Notes: generated from the sequence alone by a model not told the origin. 62,695 bases of DNA, filler included, from Chiloscyllium plagiosum (GCF_004010195.1; 4 parts of one record of this genome joined end to end with filler, not necessarily neighbours in it); one strand, 5' to 3'. Shown: positions 1-14,157, numbered from the whole stretch's first letter. Made by a program: numbers and translations.

Positions 1-276
1 TGTAACATCTGCCTGCCTAAGAAGAACAGGGGGCCCACGCAGTCATTTGGGCTCTGCTGACGCCTCAGCTAAATATATGGACATATGATTGATAAACGTA
101 CAGACCTGTATATAAAAAAATGATAAATTCTGATCTCTGTGTGTAAATGTTTACGTATGTATGGCATGACCAACTGTACAGACCATCAAATTATTTTATG
201 AATAAAGTATATTTTTGAAATTAAAAAAAATGATTGGTTGCAGTTTGATTTAATTCTGTAGCTTGTCACCTCATAC

Positions 277-400
277 CTGATGAAGGGCTTATGCCAGAAA
301 TGTCGATTCTCCTGCTCCTTGAATGCTACCTGATTGGTTGTGCTTTTCCAGCATCACATTCTCGACTCTGATCACTGGCATCTGCTGTCCTCACTTTCTC
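277..400 (+). mobile_element. Short Penelope-derived element (family A 3' terminus) with degenerate hammerhead motif
   Basis: cctgatgaagggcttatgccagaaatgtcgatt...cctcactttctcc, homologous to the termini of the ORF-bearing Penelope copies at 39802-43030. Confidence 0.8.
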
Positions 401-604
401 CACAGCTGGAATAAGTTCAGCATCAACCATTTGGTGTGGGCCTGAAGTAACACCAGCTAAATATGTCAGATTTCTTCTTCCAAAATGATCCTTGAAACCA
501 TTTGGGTTTTTATTTAAATCATCAATTTAAATCATCAATCACAGTTTATGTTCATTTAACATGAGAAGAAATATTACCTTTTCTTCTGAAAACAAGTACA
601 TTAA

Positions 605-735
605 AAACAAAACACTGCGGATGCTGGAAATCTGAAACAAAACACCGAAAATGCTGGAGAAACTCAGCAGGTCTGTCAGTATCTACAGAGACAGGAAAAG
701 AATTAATGTTTCTAATCTAGTATCATTCTTCATTG
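605..735 (-). mobile_element. Short repeat, family C (probably Penelope-derived)
   Basis: gatgctggaaatctgaaacaaaac...gctggagaaactcagcaggtctg, similar to 5310-5467 and 53823-54046. Confidence 0.6.
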
Positions 736-1013
736 GGCTGTTTTTTTCACTATTTTAATAACTTGAAGCCTTTCCTCTTGCCTAACACAAATATTTCACT
801 TTACTAACGGAGTTCCAATACATTCATTTCTCAGCTGAACCACTAAAGGGGAACATGCCAACAGGAGTCTGTAACTGCCAAATGTGACCTGTTTTTAACC
901 GCTCTTCTGTCGTAACTGATTGTTCACCATTTCTTACCAGGTCTGTTAGCTTGGAGTGATGTTTCCCTATTCTTGGTGCTTTTTGAGTGCCTGTTGACTG
1001 CTTCTTTGTTCAT

Positions 1014-1233
1014 TTACTGGCAGCTGCTAACTGGGTGTGTAAGTATTGTTAAAGTAATAAAGTGTTTAAAGCTGTAAACTTGGTTTTCTGGAAATTCTCC
1101 ATGGTCAAATGATATTTTCACTGTTCTATTTTCTGGTATTAAGTAACAGTGTCCGCGCTGATCACAATGTGCGATTTGTGGGTATAAGGATGGCATCACC
1201 AATCTATCCCCAACAAAGGACCTATTTAGTTTA
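1014..1233 (-). CDS. Candidate terminal exon of an unidentified gene, weakly DUF4537-like
   Basis: Acceptor ttcctctatcacag, then open to TAA at 1014-1016 (KLNRSFVGDRLVMPSLYPQIAHCDQRGHCYLIPENRTVKISFDHGEF...). Resemblance to VWA3B/C11orf16 DUF4537 is from memory only. Confidence 0.3.
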
Positions 1234-2714
1234 CTGTGATAGAGGAACAACAACTGGTGAGTCTTAAATAGAAGAGACTCTTACCTCAATAAGATGTAGT
1301 TTATTGCACTGTAGCAAGGTTGTTGCGGTGCAGTGGTAGAGTCTCCACCTTGGGCCAGAATGCTTGGGTTCAAGTTTCAACTGTCCCAGACATATGACTT
1401 AACATGTCTGAATAAGTTGATTTAAAATATGGGCTAGTCAGATATTGTAGCTAAGGCAATTGGGAGACATAAATGATACATGACAATCCATAACTATTGC
1501 ACTAATTCTGCGCTCCCCCCACCCCCACCCCCACCAGGCCTGTGTGACATCTTCAGATTGAACAAAACACAATGTAGCCTTCAAATAAATCCTTTCAGAG
1601 CTATAAGCTTATATAATAGAGGGAAATAAGAATACTTATAAGAAATTAAGCACTTATTTAAAATGCATACATTATTTCTGGCAATGATTGATCTTTCTCA
1701 ACTACTTATTGCCTTAAAACTAGTGTTGCCTAATTCAAAACTGCACTTTTGAAATATGCAACATTATTATTCTTTTGAAGTCAATGGAAACTAAAATTGA
1801 TAAAAATGCAACAGTGGGTGCTGATTTATTATCATTCATTTTACATGATTGATTAAAGTTAAAATTGCCACTATTAATTTTCAAATGGAGTGAAATTACA
1901 TTTATCTTTCAAATATAGGAATCTCATGGATGGCAAAAACAGTAAGTGACTATTGATGTATGCAATTCATTTTTGTGTCTCTGTATCCTGTATTGATTCC
2001 TTGATGCTAGTTTGGTGTTAGACTAACACAGATCTGACATATCCCGACCAGTGTTTCTGGGTAACTCCTGTTTTTCACAATGTGTTTGATCTGTGCCACT
2101 CACCTGGGGAAATAACATCTGGAACATCTTTAAAACATCTTCAAACCACTTTGCAGTCTGTTAATGGCATTAATTACACAAAATTAACCATTCAAGGGAA
2201 ATGTTTCAAATAGTTGCATTTGCAGTGAAAGCTAGGCTAAATTGAAATAATGCTTAGAAACTCAAATCGTTTCAACAGCACTGTTTATTGCATTCAGGTC
2301 AGTGAAAGGATAAGCACAGATAATGATGCCCTTTTCTCTCATTTGGAAGGTCTATGTTACAATATTATTGTTCAAAAAGTAAAGGTTTGATATTGCCCAG
2401 AAATTGATAAATAAAATTATTCAAATCCCACCTGCCTTATGTGAGAACTTAATCATTTCTTTCTCACCCTGATCTCATCAAGTGCAACTTTCAATATCAG
2501 ACACACCCTCCCCAAGCTGATTGCGTCTTCTTCAAAAACCAAATCAAATTCTGATGACCTGAGGCCCTACCTACTATTCTCAGGCATACTGCAGTGGCAG
2601 CCATGTCAGGCAGAACTTGAAGCAGCCAGTCAGTGTTTCTCTGGGTCCCATGAAGAAATTTGAACTCCTTTACCCTATCTTTTCAATTCCTCAGCCTGAA
2701 TACATTTCCCTCAT

Positions 2715-3810
2715 AGAACAGAACAGCACAGAAACATGCTCTTCAGCCCACCATGTCCGTGTCAACCATAATGGAATTCTAAACTTATCACATCCCCCTG
2801 CACAGGGTCTGTATCTCTCTATTCTCTGCCTCTTCACAGATCTGTCTAAATACCTCCTAAACATCTCAACTTTAACTGCTTCTACCACCTCCCCTGACAG
2901 TGTGTTACAGACACCTATGGTCCTTTGCATTAAAACAAAACTTGCCCAGCATATCCCCTGTTGATTTTCCACCTCTCATCTTAAGCCTAAACTCTCCTGC
3001 ATCTGAAATGTCCATCTTGGGAAACTAAAGACTCCTCCAACTATCCACGTTATCCATGTCTCTCATAATTTTGTATACTTCGATCAGGTCATCCCTCAGC
3101 CTCTGATGCTCTAGTGAAAACAATCCAAGTTTGTCCAACATCTCCTTACAGCTAATATACTCCAATCCAGGCAAAGTCCTGGTAAACCTTATTTGCACCC
3201 TCTCCAAAGCCTCCACACCCTTTATACAATATGGCGACCAAAACTGCACTCAATACTCCAAAAGTGGCCTAACTATAGTGTTATTCAGCTGTGATGTGAT
3301 TTGTTAATTTTATACTCAAATTCTCAACCGATAAAGGCAAGCATATCATATGCCTTCATTACTAACTTATCCACTTGTGATACTATTTCTAGGTGTTATG
3401 GACTTGCACCCCAAGATCCTTCTGTATTTCAATGCCCTGAGGGTTCTGTCATTTACGGTATAATTTCTTCTTGCTTTTGACCTCCCAACATGTATCACCT
3501 CACACTTGTCTGGATTAATTTCCATCCGCCATTTCTTGGCCCAATTTTCTAACCAATCTGTATCCAGCTGTATCCTTTGAAAATCTTCCTCAATATCCTC
3601 ATCAATTTCTCATCTTCTGCAGACTTACTAATCAGACGACATATATTTGCATCCAAATCATTTATATATTAAAAACAACAGTGGTCCTAGCAGTGATCCT
3701 TGCAGAACACCACCGGCCACAGACCTCCAGTCAGAAAAATAAACTAATATCTGCTATGACCAAGTCAATTTTGTGTCTAACTTTCCAATTCACTGTGTAT
3801 CCCATGTGAC
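2715..3810 (-). mobile_element. CR1 LINE, 3' portion of ORF2 (decayed)
   Basis: ORF 3025-3249 QFWSPY..LERVQ.RFTR.LPGL...GLFSLE..RLR.DLIEVYKIM is the CR1 C-terminal domain. Confidence 0.9.
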
Positions 3811-5309
3811 ATGTCATTGTTCTTGTCACTGGGTCCTCCGTGATCCCCTTCTCAGTCATAGTAGGGTGAACCAACTCTCCTAGAATCCTCCTCTATCACT
3901 TTTCACGACAGCATTCATGAAGCACTCATGGGATTACTGTGAGTCCCTGCCACTTGGCCGATTATCTGCTGGTTATATGTAACCAAGGTGACCACTGGAT
4001 CTAAGAAGAACTACCGATCACGCTGCCATCTAACACAGTTAATGCTACACCTTATATGTCAACTTTTCAAGGTCAGCAGATTTTGAAATTGCATCAACAA
4101 CTCATGCTTTGGTTGTCATTGGACAGTTGTCAGGAACTATTGGTTCAGGAATGATCTCGGAATGCAAAATTTAAAAAAAACAGCTGATTCCGGCCATGAT
4201 TCTGAATTGCAATTCACTATTAGATTCATGCTGCAAAACCTACAAATAGGCACAAGTTTTCATTTAAGAAGTGGAATAGATGTCTACTTTATTTAGCTAC
4301 ATATTATTCCCCAGCTATATAGTTTTCCACAGATTTTGCCCTTTTGTTTTCAAGCGGGATATTTTCTGTTTGGGCTTTTCAGTTAGTAGCTGAGGAAGCA
4401 AGTAGGGGAACTCTTCCCAGACTTCTTGGCTTGCCACATCTTGCTGTGGTTGGAAGGCCATAGAATTCATTCTTTTATACTTGCAGCTTCGGAGGTCCAG
4501 GTAAAATGAAGTGGATATATTATACCTCAAGAGCTAACTGAATTAAATCTCTTTCCAACTATTCTGTTGATGATATATGCTGGTAGTGCAACACATCATA
4601 TCACTATACTTTCCTGATTTTGACTATGTTGATTCATTTGATTACATATTTAATTAATTGAACCCACCATTGTTCTTTAGTGAATAATTACCAATATATC
4701 TCAACTGATACTTTGTTAATGGTAGGTGTAGTACTTTATTTATTAAAAAAAGAGAGAAAGACTTGAATTTTATAATATTTTCCATGAGCTTAAAAAAAGA
4801 AGGGTTTTCTTCCAATACTTTTAAAGTGTTAATTGTTGTAATGTGGGGAAGCAATATGCACACAGCAAGTTCCCACAAACAATAATGTGCTATTGACAAG
4901 ATTATCTGTTTTCTTTGACATTCACTGAGGGATAAATATTATCTGTCACTTCTGCAAAATAATTAAGGTCCAAATGCGAGGACAGACAGGATATTTGTTG
5001 AATGTTTCCTCTGAAAGCCAACAACTCAACAGTGCAGCAGACATTCAGATGGCTCCAGGAGTTATTTTTTATTTATCCATTTATCCATTTAGTTGCTTCT
5101 TGGATCCTGCAGTTCCAAGCTCCCCACTCAGTGTGGTCTCCATTAGTTTGAGTTCTGTCAATTTTTGTTAATTAAACACTAGCAAAGAAATAGAAGGCAA
5201 TGAAGGTGAGCAAGCTAAAAGATTCAAACAGAAATCTTGTTGAAGAGAAGAGCAAAACATCTTTGTGATGGGCATACCTAAAAGAGAAGTCACAGCGAAT
5301 GAAACTCTC

Positions 5310-5467
5310 AAATAAAAGCAAGCTACAGTGAATGCTGGAATTGCGAAATAAACATCGAAAGCATTGGAGGAGTTCAGTAGGTCTGGCAGCATCTGTGGAA
5401 TTAAAACAGAGTTTGCATTTCAAGTTTAGCATGACTCTTCTTCAGAACTGGACTCGAAACATTAACA
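5310..5467. mobile_element. Family C element with short inverted arm at its hammerhead-like motif
   Basis: ...catgactcttcttcagaa|ctggactcgaaacattaac: the minus strand reads CTGAAGA-A-GAGTC.., then orientation flips. Confidence 0.6.
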
Positions 5468-5734
5468 GGGAGGGGGACACTGGTGGAGAGGAGGTCCAGG
5501 TAACATCAATTATAGGTCACAGCTCACACACAGTCTTGGCCACTGTCAGTCATTTCCTGGTGATGGTCACTGTCATGGGTTATATCTGATCACACTCAAA
5601 GACATGGGTAACTCTCAGCCCTGTAAGGCTATCACTAACAGATAGGGAAATCATATATCAGTCAGGGAAGTGCAACAACAGTGGTCAGACATCTAATCAG
5701 TCATGCCTTTGCTATTCACCGAGTCTGATAGACA

Positions 5735-6160
5735 TGACTTGGAGGTACCGGTGTTGGACTGGGGTGGACAAAGTTAAAATCACACAAGACCTGGTTATAA
5801 TCCAACAGGTTTATTGGCAAAACACTAACTTTTGCAGCACTGCTTCTTTCTCAAGTGGTTGTGGAGAATAAGATCATAAGACATAGAATTTATAACCAAA
5901 TGAGTATAGTGTCATGGAGATGTGATGATACATTAAACAATTTTAGGTCAAGTCTTTCATTTTTAGAATGAGATGTGTTAGTTTCTGTTCTTTGATATGT
6001 AAATCCCAGAACTTCTTTCAAATTACATTCTCAAGAAAGGTCTAGCGTTTCTATCAATATGCAATCAGCTCAGACAATGCATTAAGTTGTTTGGTCTGTC
6101 TGTGGCCCAACACTGAGTTAGACTGGTTCTATTTCTAAAGTGGGATTTACAGAGTTTTAC
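5735..6160 (-). mobile_element. Family B element (probably Penelope-derived), decayed
   Basis: ttggactggggtggacaaagttaaaatcacacaagacctggttataatccaacaggtt, shared with 16305-16471, 18950-19150 and 58268-58447. Confidence 0.6.
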
Positions 6161-6592
6161 AGAACGCTAAATAGGCTGAAGCTGTTTTTTCTCTGGAGCG
6201 TCAGAGGCTGAGGGGTAACCTTATAGGAGTTTATAAAATCATGAGGGGCATGGATAGGGTAAATAAACAATCTATTTTCCTTGGGGTGGGGGAGTCCAGA
6301 ACTAGAGGGCATAGGCTGAGGGTGAGAGGGGAAGGATATAAAAGGGACCTAAAGGGTAACTTTTTCACGCAGAGGGTGGTGCGCGTATGGAGCTACCAAA
6401 GGAAGTGGTGGAGGCTGGTACAATTACAGCATTTAAAAGGCATCTGGATGAGTAAATGAATTGGAAGGGTTTAGAGGGATATGGGCCGGGTGCTGGCAGA
6501 GGGGAATAGTTCAGGTTAGATATCTGGTCAGCATGGATGAGTTGAACCGAAGGGTCTGTGTCCGTGCTGTACATCGCTATGACTCTATGACT
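6160..6592 (+). mobile_element. CR1 LINE 3' end
   Basis: RTRGH.LRVRG...FFTQRVV motif and a tatgactctatgact tail. Confidence 0.9.
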
Positions 6593-7099
6593 GTATAACA
6601 GGATGGAGCTACAATCAGATGAGGGGGCACTGTCTATGCAGTGTAGGTAGTTAGCGAGGCAAGAACGTAAGTCCCGGCACAAAATCTTGTCAGGCCTCGA
6701 GAAACATTGTGCAACCCGACATAATTAATTTTCCAAAAAAATATGTTTAGGCCCATCAGCTGGGAGCAAACAAATTCTTTCCCTAAACAAAGATTACCTA
6801 TCTTGCTGAGTGTATATAGCATTTTTTAAATATATTTACAACATTCACACTATTTTGCTTTTTCTGAGTGACCTGAAATTTTTACTTCTTCTGAAACCTC
6901 ACTTTATGCTTAGCAGCTAATTGTGGTTGCAACTTTGTTGGATAATTAGTTTGAAGAGTTATTCACCATCAGACAGACCAAATAACAGCACATCTTTTGG
7001 CTCTTTTATATTCCCAGATGCACAGGCAATTCTAAATAAAAGATTAGTTTGCTATTTCACATGATGTGATAACCAATGCAATTAGAAATGTACTTTATA

Positions 7100-7690
7100 T
7101 TTCAGCTTACAGAATTAGGAACAGAGAATTGTTATCGTCCAGAAGAGGGCCATTCAGCCCAAAGTATCTGCGTAAGCTCTCTGAGGATTTAACTTACTAT
7201 AGTTTCTCCTTATCTATTTTATCCTGATCGCTCATTTATAAATTAAAAATTACCAACTCTCCTCTTGACTTTCTCCTTTCCATAGAAACCAGATGCAATT
7301 TCTGCAATCATTTCTATCATAACTGAAGTGTCACATCCCTGGAACCATTCTCTTAAACCTCTTCCTGCATTCTCTTCAAAGCATTCACATCTTTTCTATA
7401 ATGTGGCAAGCAGAACTAATCATCCAAATTATCCAAATTAGTTTCAACCAATTTCTTTGATAAATTCTTGAAAATCTGTCAGCTGATGTGTTCTATGTCT
7501 CTATTTATGAGGTTTAGAGTGCTGTACCTTGCATTAGCAGCTTTTTCTATCTACCTAACCTGCCACATATTTTCCCAGATTCTGCACATTCTTTTGAATG
7601 GCACCGTTTATTTTATATGGACTCTTGCCATTATTTTTATCAAATTATATGGACTCTTGCCATTATTTTTATCAAGACCAAAATCCATCA
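7100..7690 (-). mobile_element. Old CR1 fragment containing a 32-bp tandem duplication at 7613-7675
   Basis: catccctggaaccattctcttaaacctctt resembles CR1 3' antisense; ttatatggactcttgccattatttttatcaa occurs twice. Confidence 0.55.
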
Positions 7691-8267
7691 AAATATATTA
7701 AGATAGTCTAGACCCAAATGTTTTCTTATTTTACAGGTAAGTGTAAGGTGCTGTGTTCCGGATGCAATTTGATTGGTCACACTACCGGGCTTGAAACAAA
7801 ATATACTTTATTTATACACTATAATGCAGGCAGAACAAAAAGAAAAGAATTGTAACTCTATCAAAATGCTTAACAGAATAACATATACATAAACTACTAC
7901 CAATTAACTATTTCACTATAATAACATGCACAAGGGAAAATTCAGTAAAATAGATTGTCTCACTTGCAATTATAGCAATAGGATGAGAACCCAAGCTTTT
8001 AGTTGTTAAAAAAATAAGAGATTCTCCATCCATGATCAAGACTTCAACAACTGCTACTGAAGGTTAAAACTAAAAAAAATCCTTGTTCTGCAGGAACTTG
8101 ATTCCACCCATTCAGGCTGCTTCTATTGTTCCAACTAAAAAAAAAGGCTTAAAAAGCTGTTTACTTTACTGGCATTGGACCAGATTGCTTTGCACCTCTG
8201 TCTCAACCTTCCTTTGTTAAAAATATGGCTCTTAAAGCCGTAGTATTGCCATACTACTTCATGTCAC
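7690..8267. mobile_element. Probable solo LTR or LTR-like repeat
   Basis: Interrupts the old CR1, ends in ...tgtcaca, and loosely resembles 56086-56458. No TSD confirmed. Confidence 0.35.
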
Positions 8268-8419
8268 AATTCTCCACACTGAACTTTATCTATCACCTAC
8301 TCACGCTACATGACAATGTCCTTTAGAATGTCATTTCTGTGCTCCTCACAGTTCATAATTGCCCCAAGCTTTGTGACATCTACACTTTGAAATTGTCATC
8401 TGCACATCAAGATCAAGGT

Positions 8420-9350
8420 CATAGAGTCATAGAGATGTACAGCATGGAAACAAACCCTTCGGTCCAATCCGTCCATGCCGACTAGATATCCCAACCCAAT
8501 CTAGTCCCACCTGCCAGCACCCGACCCCAGGGAAAAGACTTTCTTTATTTATCCTATCCATGCCCCTCATAATTTTGTAAACTTCTATAAGTTCACCCCT
8601 CAGCCTCTGACGCTCTAGGGAAAACAGCCATAGCCTGTTCAGCCTCTCCCTGTAGCTCAAATCCTCCAACCCTGGCAACATTCTTATAAATCTTTCCTGA
8701 ACCCTTTCAGGTTTCACAACATCATTCCAATAGGAAGGAGACCAGAATTGCACGCATTATTCCAACAATGGCCTAACCAATGTCCTGAACAGCCGCAACA
8801 TAACCTCCCAAATCCTGTACTCAATACTCTGACCAATAAAGGCAAGCATACCAAACACCTTCTTCACTGTCCTATTTATCTGTGACTCCATTTTCAAGGA
8901 TCTATGAACTTGCACTCCAAGGTCTCTTTGTTCAGCAACACTCCCTAGAACTTTACCATTAACTGTATAAGTCCTGCTAAGATTTGCTTTTCCAAAATGC
9001 AGCACCTCACATTTATCTGAATTAAACTCCATCTGCCACTTCTCAGCCCATCTGTTCCAGATCCTGTTGTAATCTGAGGTAACCCTCTTTGCTGTCCACT
9101 ACACCTCCAATTTTGGTGTCATCTGCAAACTTACTAACTGTACTTCTTATACTCGCATCCAAATCATTTATGTAAATGACAAATATAGAGGGCCCAGCAC
9201 CGATCCTTGTGGCATTCCCCTGGTCACAGGCCTCCAGTCTGAAAAACAACCCTCCACCACCACCCTCTGTCTTCTACCTTTGAGCCAGTTCTGTATCCAA
9301 ATGGCTAGTTCTCCCTGTATTCCATGAGATCTAACCTTGCTAACCAGTCA
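8420..9350 (-). mobile_element. CR1 LINE, RT to 3' end
   Basis: ORFs 9043-9249 (YINDL..KFADDTK), 8757-9032 and 8427-8753; tail catagagtcatagag. Confidence 0.93.
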
Positions 9351-9479
9351 TTTATTTTTATCAAGTAAAGCAAAATCCAATACTAATGTCTGAGAAAATC
9401 CATTCCAAATCTTCCTCCAGCCTGAAATATTCCCATTATCCAATGTTTTTTTTTCCCATCTCTCAGCCAATTTTGTATT

Positions 9480-9930
9480 CTAATTGCTACTATTTTTGTT
9501 ATTTCATGACCTATCATTTGCCCCATAAGTTGTATGACGCGATATTAAATGCCTTTGGAAGTCCATGTGCACCACATTAATCACCACTCCTTCATGAACA
9601 CTCTCTGTCACCTCTTTAAAAATGTCTAGCAAATTATTTTTCTTTAATAAATTTGAGCTGACTCTTCTGCACCAATCTATATTTTTCCATGTGACTTTTA
9701 TTTCTATTTCCTCACCACCGAAGTTAAACTCACTAGATTGTAATCGCTGGGCCAATCTTTACAACATCTTTTAAACAAAGGTGTAATCATTCATATTTCC
9801 CAATCCTCTGATGCCACAATCAAATCCAAGCAGATTGAAAGATTATGGCCAGTGGCTCTACAAATGCCACTCTCACTTCCTTCAATATTCTTGGATGTTT
9901 CATCTGGACCTGGTGTTTTACCAACTTTAC
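9480..9930 (-). mobile_element. Old CR1 RT fragment
   Basis: NLLDIFKEVTESVHEGVVINVVHMDFQ resembles the CR1 RT motif. Confidence 0.7.
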
Positions 9931-10676
9931 GTATGGACCCATTATTGAATACCTCATTAATGTCAATTTAAATCCTTCCAGTTATTGTGTCTCTTCTCTG
10001 TCACCATGTTCTAGCCAGCACCTGGCTTGCCCCATTTTAGTCTTAATTAACTCTACTTCTCCTTTTACTACATTTTACTTTGGTGATCAATATTTTAGAA
10101 TCGTATATTGACAAACATTGGTCAATATTCTTAAAAAGCAGAACTTGTAATTGCCCATCTCTGATGATGTTAATTCATACTTCATTTTTTCTCTCTCTTA
10201 GAATAATACAATAATCTCAATGCATTAAATAACTCAAGTAACTGTGCATTTAAATTACTTTATAAACACAAGGGTTATTTTGAATAGGCAATTCCATAAT
10301 GTTGACAACATTGATTCAGAAGCCACTTAAACATGCCTCATGATTTTCATTTGCGTTAGTGACAGTATCATGATATGAGAGATTACAAATGTAGCTGAAT
10401 TTATTCAGATCAGAATAACCCTAAGTCACTTTTGCAAATCAAACATTTCACTGGATATAAAAAGAGTGCAATGTTTACCAACATTGCTGTAACTATAAAG
10501 CTAGGAAGTAATTTATTGTGTTCAGTCACTCTGGCATATGCTTCTTAGTGACCTGCATAAGTGGTAAATAAATAAATAAATTAATAATATACTCCATCAT
10601 ATATTTACTCTTGCCACAGGAGGATGCTTTAAATACTGAGATTCTCCAATCACCTTCTTTTTTCAGTTCATTGACT

Positions 10677-10996
10677 AGATTCCGTCCACTGTGGAAATAG
10701 GCCCATCGGCCCAACAAGTCCACACTGACCCTCCAAAAAGTAACCCACCCAGACCCATTCCACTACCCTATATTTACCTCTGACTAATGCACCAACCTTT
10801 ATGGGCAATTTAGCATGGCCGTTTCACTGATACACCTGCACATCTTTGGACTGTGGGAGGAAACTGGAGCACCTGGAGGAAACCCACACAGACAGGTGGA
10901 GAACATGCAAACTCCATTGAGGCAGTCACTCAGGGCAGGAGTTGAATCCGGGTCCCAGGCGCTGTGAGGCAGCAGTGCTAACCACTGAGCCACCAT
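10677..10996 (-). mobile_element. HE1-like tRNA-derived V-SINE
   Basis: Minus strand: gtggctcagtggttagcactgctgcctcacagcgcc, then V-domain-like gagtttgcatgttctcc..gggtttcctccaggtgctccagtttcctcccacagtccaaag, then a CR1-like tail. Confidence 0.88.
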
Positions 10997-11589
10997 ATCA
11001 CCCAGGGATGCAACAAATCCAACTTAATCAGCTGGGCCTTTACTTTGTGCGGTCTGTCCAGAAAATTATTTTAAACAGACATCCAATAATAGGGCAAAGA
11101 GGCACAGGTTGAAGCCAGTGTAAAGTAAATTTAGAACTGAGTTCAAGAAATGAATCTTAACAAGTGAGGCTAATATACAGAATGGACTTTCAGCTCAAGG
11201 AAAAGCAAAAATGCAAAAACCTTTTGAAACAAAACTAAACTTGTTAAGTTTAAACTTAACCTTGTTTAGATGGGTAGTTATTCTTGGGTGTGGGTGAATT
11301 AAATTATTCAGTCAGATGGATATCACAGTTAAACCTTAGTCCAGCTTGTTACGATGTTGACATTTATATACGTTGGCTGGGATTGGATGTGGAGATGTTG
11401 ATGCGAGAAATCAGGGGCAAGTCTAGAAGTCTGCCTGAGAATCTCTTAATCTATTTTAAGTATCTCTTATGTTCCCTCATAGGAATCCCTAATGAGGTAA
11501 AAATCACATCCCTTCTTCACCCATAATCACATTCTCTTACCCCAGTTTCCAACCTGTCTTCCTTCTATGTGACAATGTAAGTTCAAAAT

Positions 11590-12001
11590 ATCTGTTAGGG
11601 TTGCAAACTCCAGCTGCTTCAATGCAACTCGCCATCTAACTCACCTGCACCCCTGCTCTTCCATATTTTGATTAGGCAGCCAACATAATCAAAGGCCCCT
11701 CCCATCCTGGTGATAATCTCTTCCAACCTCTGCTGTTGGGCAGAAGATACAGAAGCTTAAACACATGTACCAAAAGCTTCAAGGACAGCTGCTGCTATTA
11801 GAATTCTGAATGGGCCTCTCAAATTTTAAATTTAATTCTCATCTCGCTCTTTGTGCACCTTCTCTGCAGCTGTAACATTGTATTCTTTACTCTTTTCTAT
11901 TACTCCAATGCATTATGTATGGTATGATCCGCCTGTACTGCACACAAAATAAGATGTTTCACTGTACCTCTGAAAATGTGACAGTAATAAATGAAATCAA
12001 A
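11590..12001 (+). mobile_element. Rex1-like LINE 3' fragment
   Basis: ctcttccaacctctgctgttgggcagaagatacagaagc resembles the 3' end of 26020-27360; AATAAA followed by a short tail. Confidence 0.6.
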
Positions 12002-12054
12002 ACTCTGGCAAACTCCAGAACCACAAAAGCCAATGAACATCACTCAATACAACC

Positions 12055-13048
12055 AAATGCTGGTTCCACTACTTTTTGTCGTGTATATAATTGATTTGGA
12101 TATGAACATAGGAGGTATAGTTAATAAGTTTGTGGATGACACCAAAATTGGAGATGTAGTGGACAGCAAAGAAGGTTACCTCAGAGTACAATGGGATCTT
12201 GATCAAATGGGCCAGTGGGATAAGAAGTGGCAGTTGGAGTTTAATTTAGCTAAATGTGAGGTGCTGCATTTTGGAAAAGCAAATCAGAGCAGGACTTGTA
12301 CACTTAGCGGTAAGGTCTGAGGGAATGTTGCTGAACAAAGAGACTTTGGAGTGCAGGTTCATAGCTCCTTGAAAATAGAGTCGCAGATGGACAGGATAGT
12401 GAAGAAGGCATTTGGTATGTTTGCCTTTATTGGTCAGAGTATTGAGTACAGGAGTTGGGAGGTCATGTTGAGGCTGTACAGGACATTGGTTAGGCCACTG
12501 TTGGAATATTGTGTGCAATTCTGGTCTCCTTCCTATTGGAAGGATGTTGTGAAACTTGAAAGGGTTCAGAAAAGATTTACAAGGATGTTGCCAGGGTTGG
12601 AGGATTTAAGCTATAGGGAGAGGTTGAGTAGGCTGGGGCTGTTTTCCCTAGATCATCGGAGGCTGAGGGGTGACCTTATAGAGGTTTATAAAATCATGAG
12701 GGGCAGGGATAGGCTAAATAGAGAAAGTCTTTTCCCTGGGGTGGGGAAGTCCAGAACTAGAGGGGATCATTTTAGGGTGAGAGGGGAAAGATATAAAAGG
12801 GACATATGGGGCACCTTTTTCACACAGAGGGTGGTGCGTGTATGGAATGAGCTGCCAGAGGAAGTGGTGGAGGCTGATACAATTGCAACATTTAAAAGTC
12901 ATCTGGATGGGTACATAAATAGGAAAGGTTTAGAGGGATATGGGTCAAGTGCTGGCAATGGGACTATATTAGGTTAGCATGGTTGGCATGGGCGAGTTGG
13001 ACCAAAGGATCTGTTTCCGTGCTGTAAAGCTCTATGGCTATGACTCTA
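12055..13048 (+). mobile_element. CR1 LINE, RT to 3' end
   Basis: ORFs 11991-12320 (KFVDDTK) and 12351-12977 (208 aa, CR1 C-terminus); tatgactct tail. Same subfamily as 8420-9350, opposite strand. Confidence 0.94.
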
Positions 13049-14157
13049 AGTTACTGTATTGTCACCATATTCATTTAAACTGCATTCTTATTTCCCTGTG
13101 CTGCCAACTAACAGCACTAATTATTTTCATGCTGACTTTCCTAATCTTCAATTGTTTGTTTCCTCTGGTTTTCTTGACATATCAGTCAGATATCAAGGTT
13201 TCCATCAGATTTGACATTGAATCCTCTCCCTCTAATCGACAACACTTCTCAAAGCATGTGACATCAACCATTTGTTGAAAAGATGCCCAATTCCATGCCT
13301 TTTGCATTCATGACTTAGATAGGTTTGAGTGGAACTGAATGTTATGTTGATGGGGCCATGAGAACTCTAAGTGAAGGGCCAGCAGAGGTACGCTGAATGG
13401 GCAGGCAGTGATGCAAGTCAAAAAGTAATTTGATGCTGCAAATGTCATTTTGAAGCTTAGTACACTAGTTGAGAGTGCCCTCTCTTAAAACTGAATCTGA
13501 AGATGCAGGCTCCTAAACAGTTCCACACCTCATCCTCACTCCATCCATTGCTGTTTATAAGATCACCTATTCACAAATTATTTTGTTGGCTGCTTTATAA
13601 CATAACAATTTATGATTGAGGAACAGCATTGGCCATTTGTATCACCCCCTCCAGGCTTGCTCCACTTTCAATCCCCGATCATGTGTTTTTTTTTAACCTG
13701 GTCCACACATAAGTTTTGCAATGGTCATTACAATAACAGCCACCAAAGTCCACTGAAAGAATATTAGCAAATGTCAATGTGCATGTCCCTATCGGTTAGT
13801 TCCTCTAGTTCCTCTACAGATCACACCTTGCAAGGAAGAGGAAAATGTATCAGCGTGTGTTGTATAATGTGTTTCATTGAAGGGGCTTCCACAGGTGAAT
13901 AGTTAACCATGTGTACAAGCTGTGAAATCTGGTCATGGTGTTTATGACCATGCTCAGTGAGAGCATTTGTTGAATATTATCCTAATCAATAGAAATGGTT
14001 GGTAATTGAATAATGGATGGACTGAGGATGAATTGAGGAGTATTTGCTGTTATTGCTACGATTAGCAGACTAACACAGGATGACTGAAGTGTTACAGCAC
14101 AGAAGGAGGTCACTTGGCTCATCATACTGTCACTGACTCATTAAAGGAGTATCATTA

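Noticed and set aside
4315..4530. 71-aa minus-strand ORF
   Set aside because: No convincing splice sites or recognisable motif.
10920..10996. tRNA-like sequences here and at about 1325, 15495, 29350 and 53600
   Set aside because: Decayed SINE heads, not complete cloverleaf tRNA genes.
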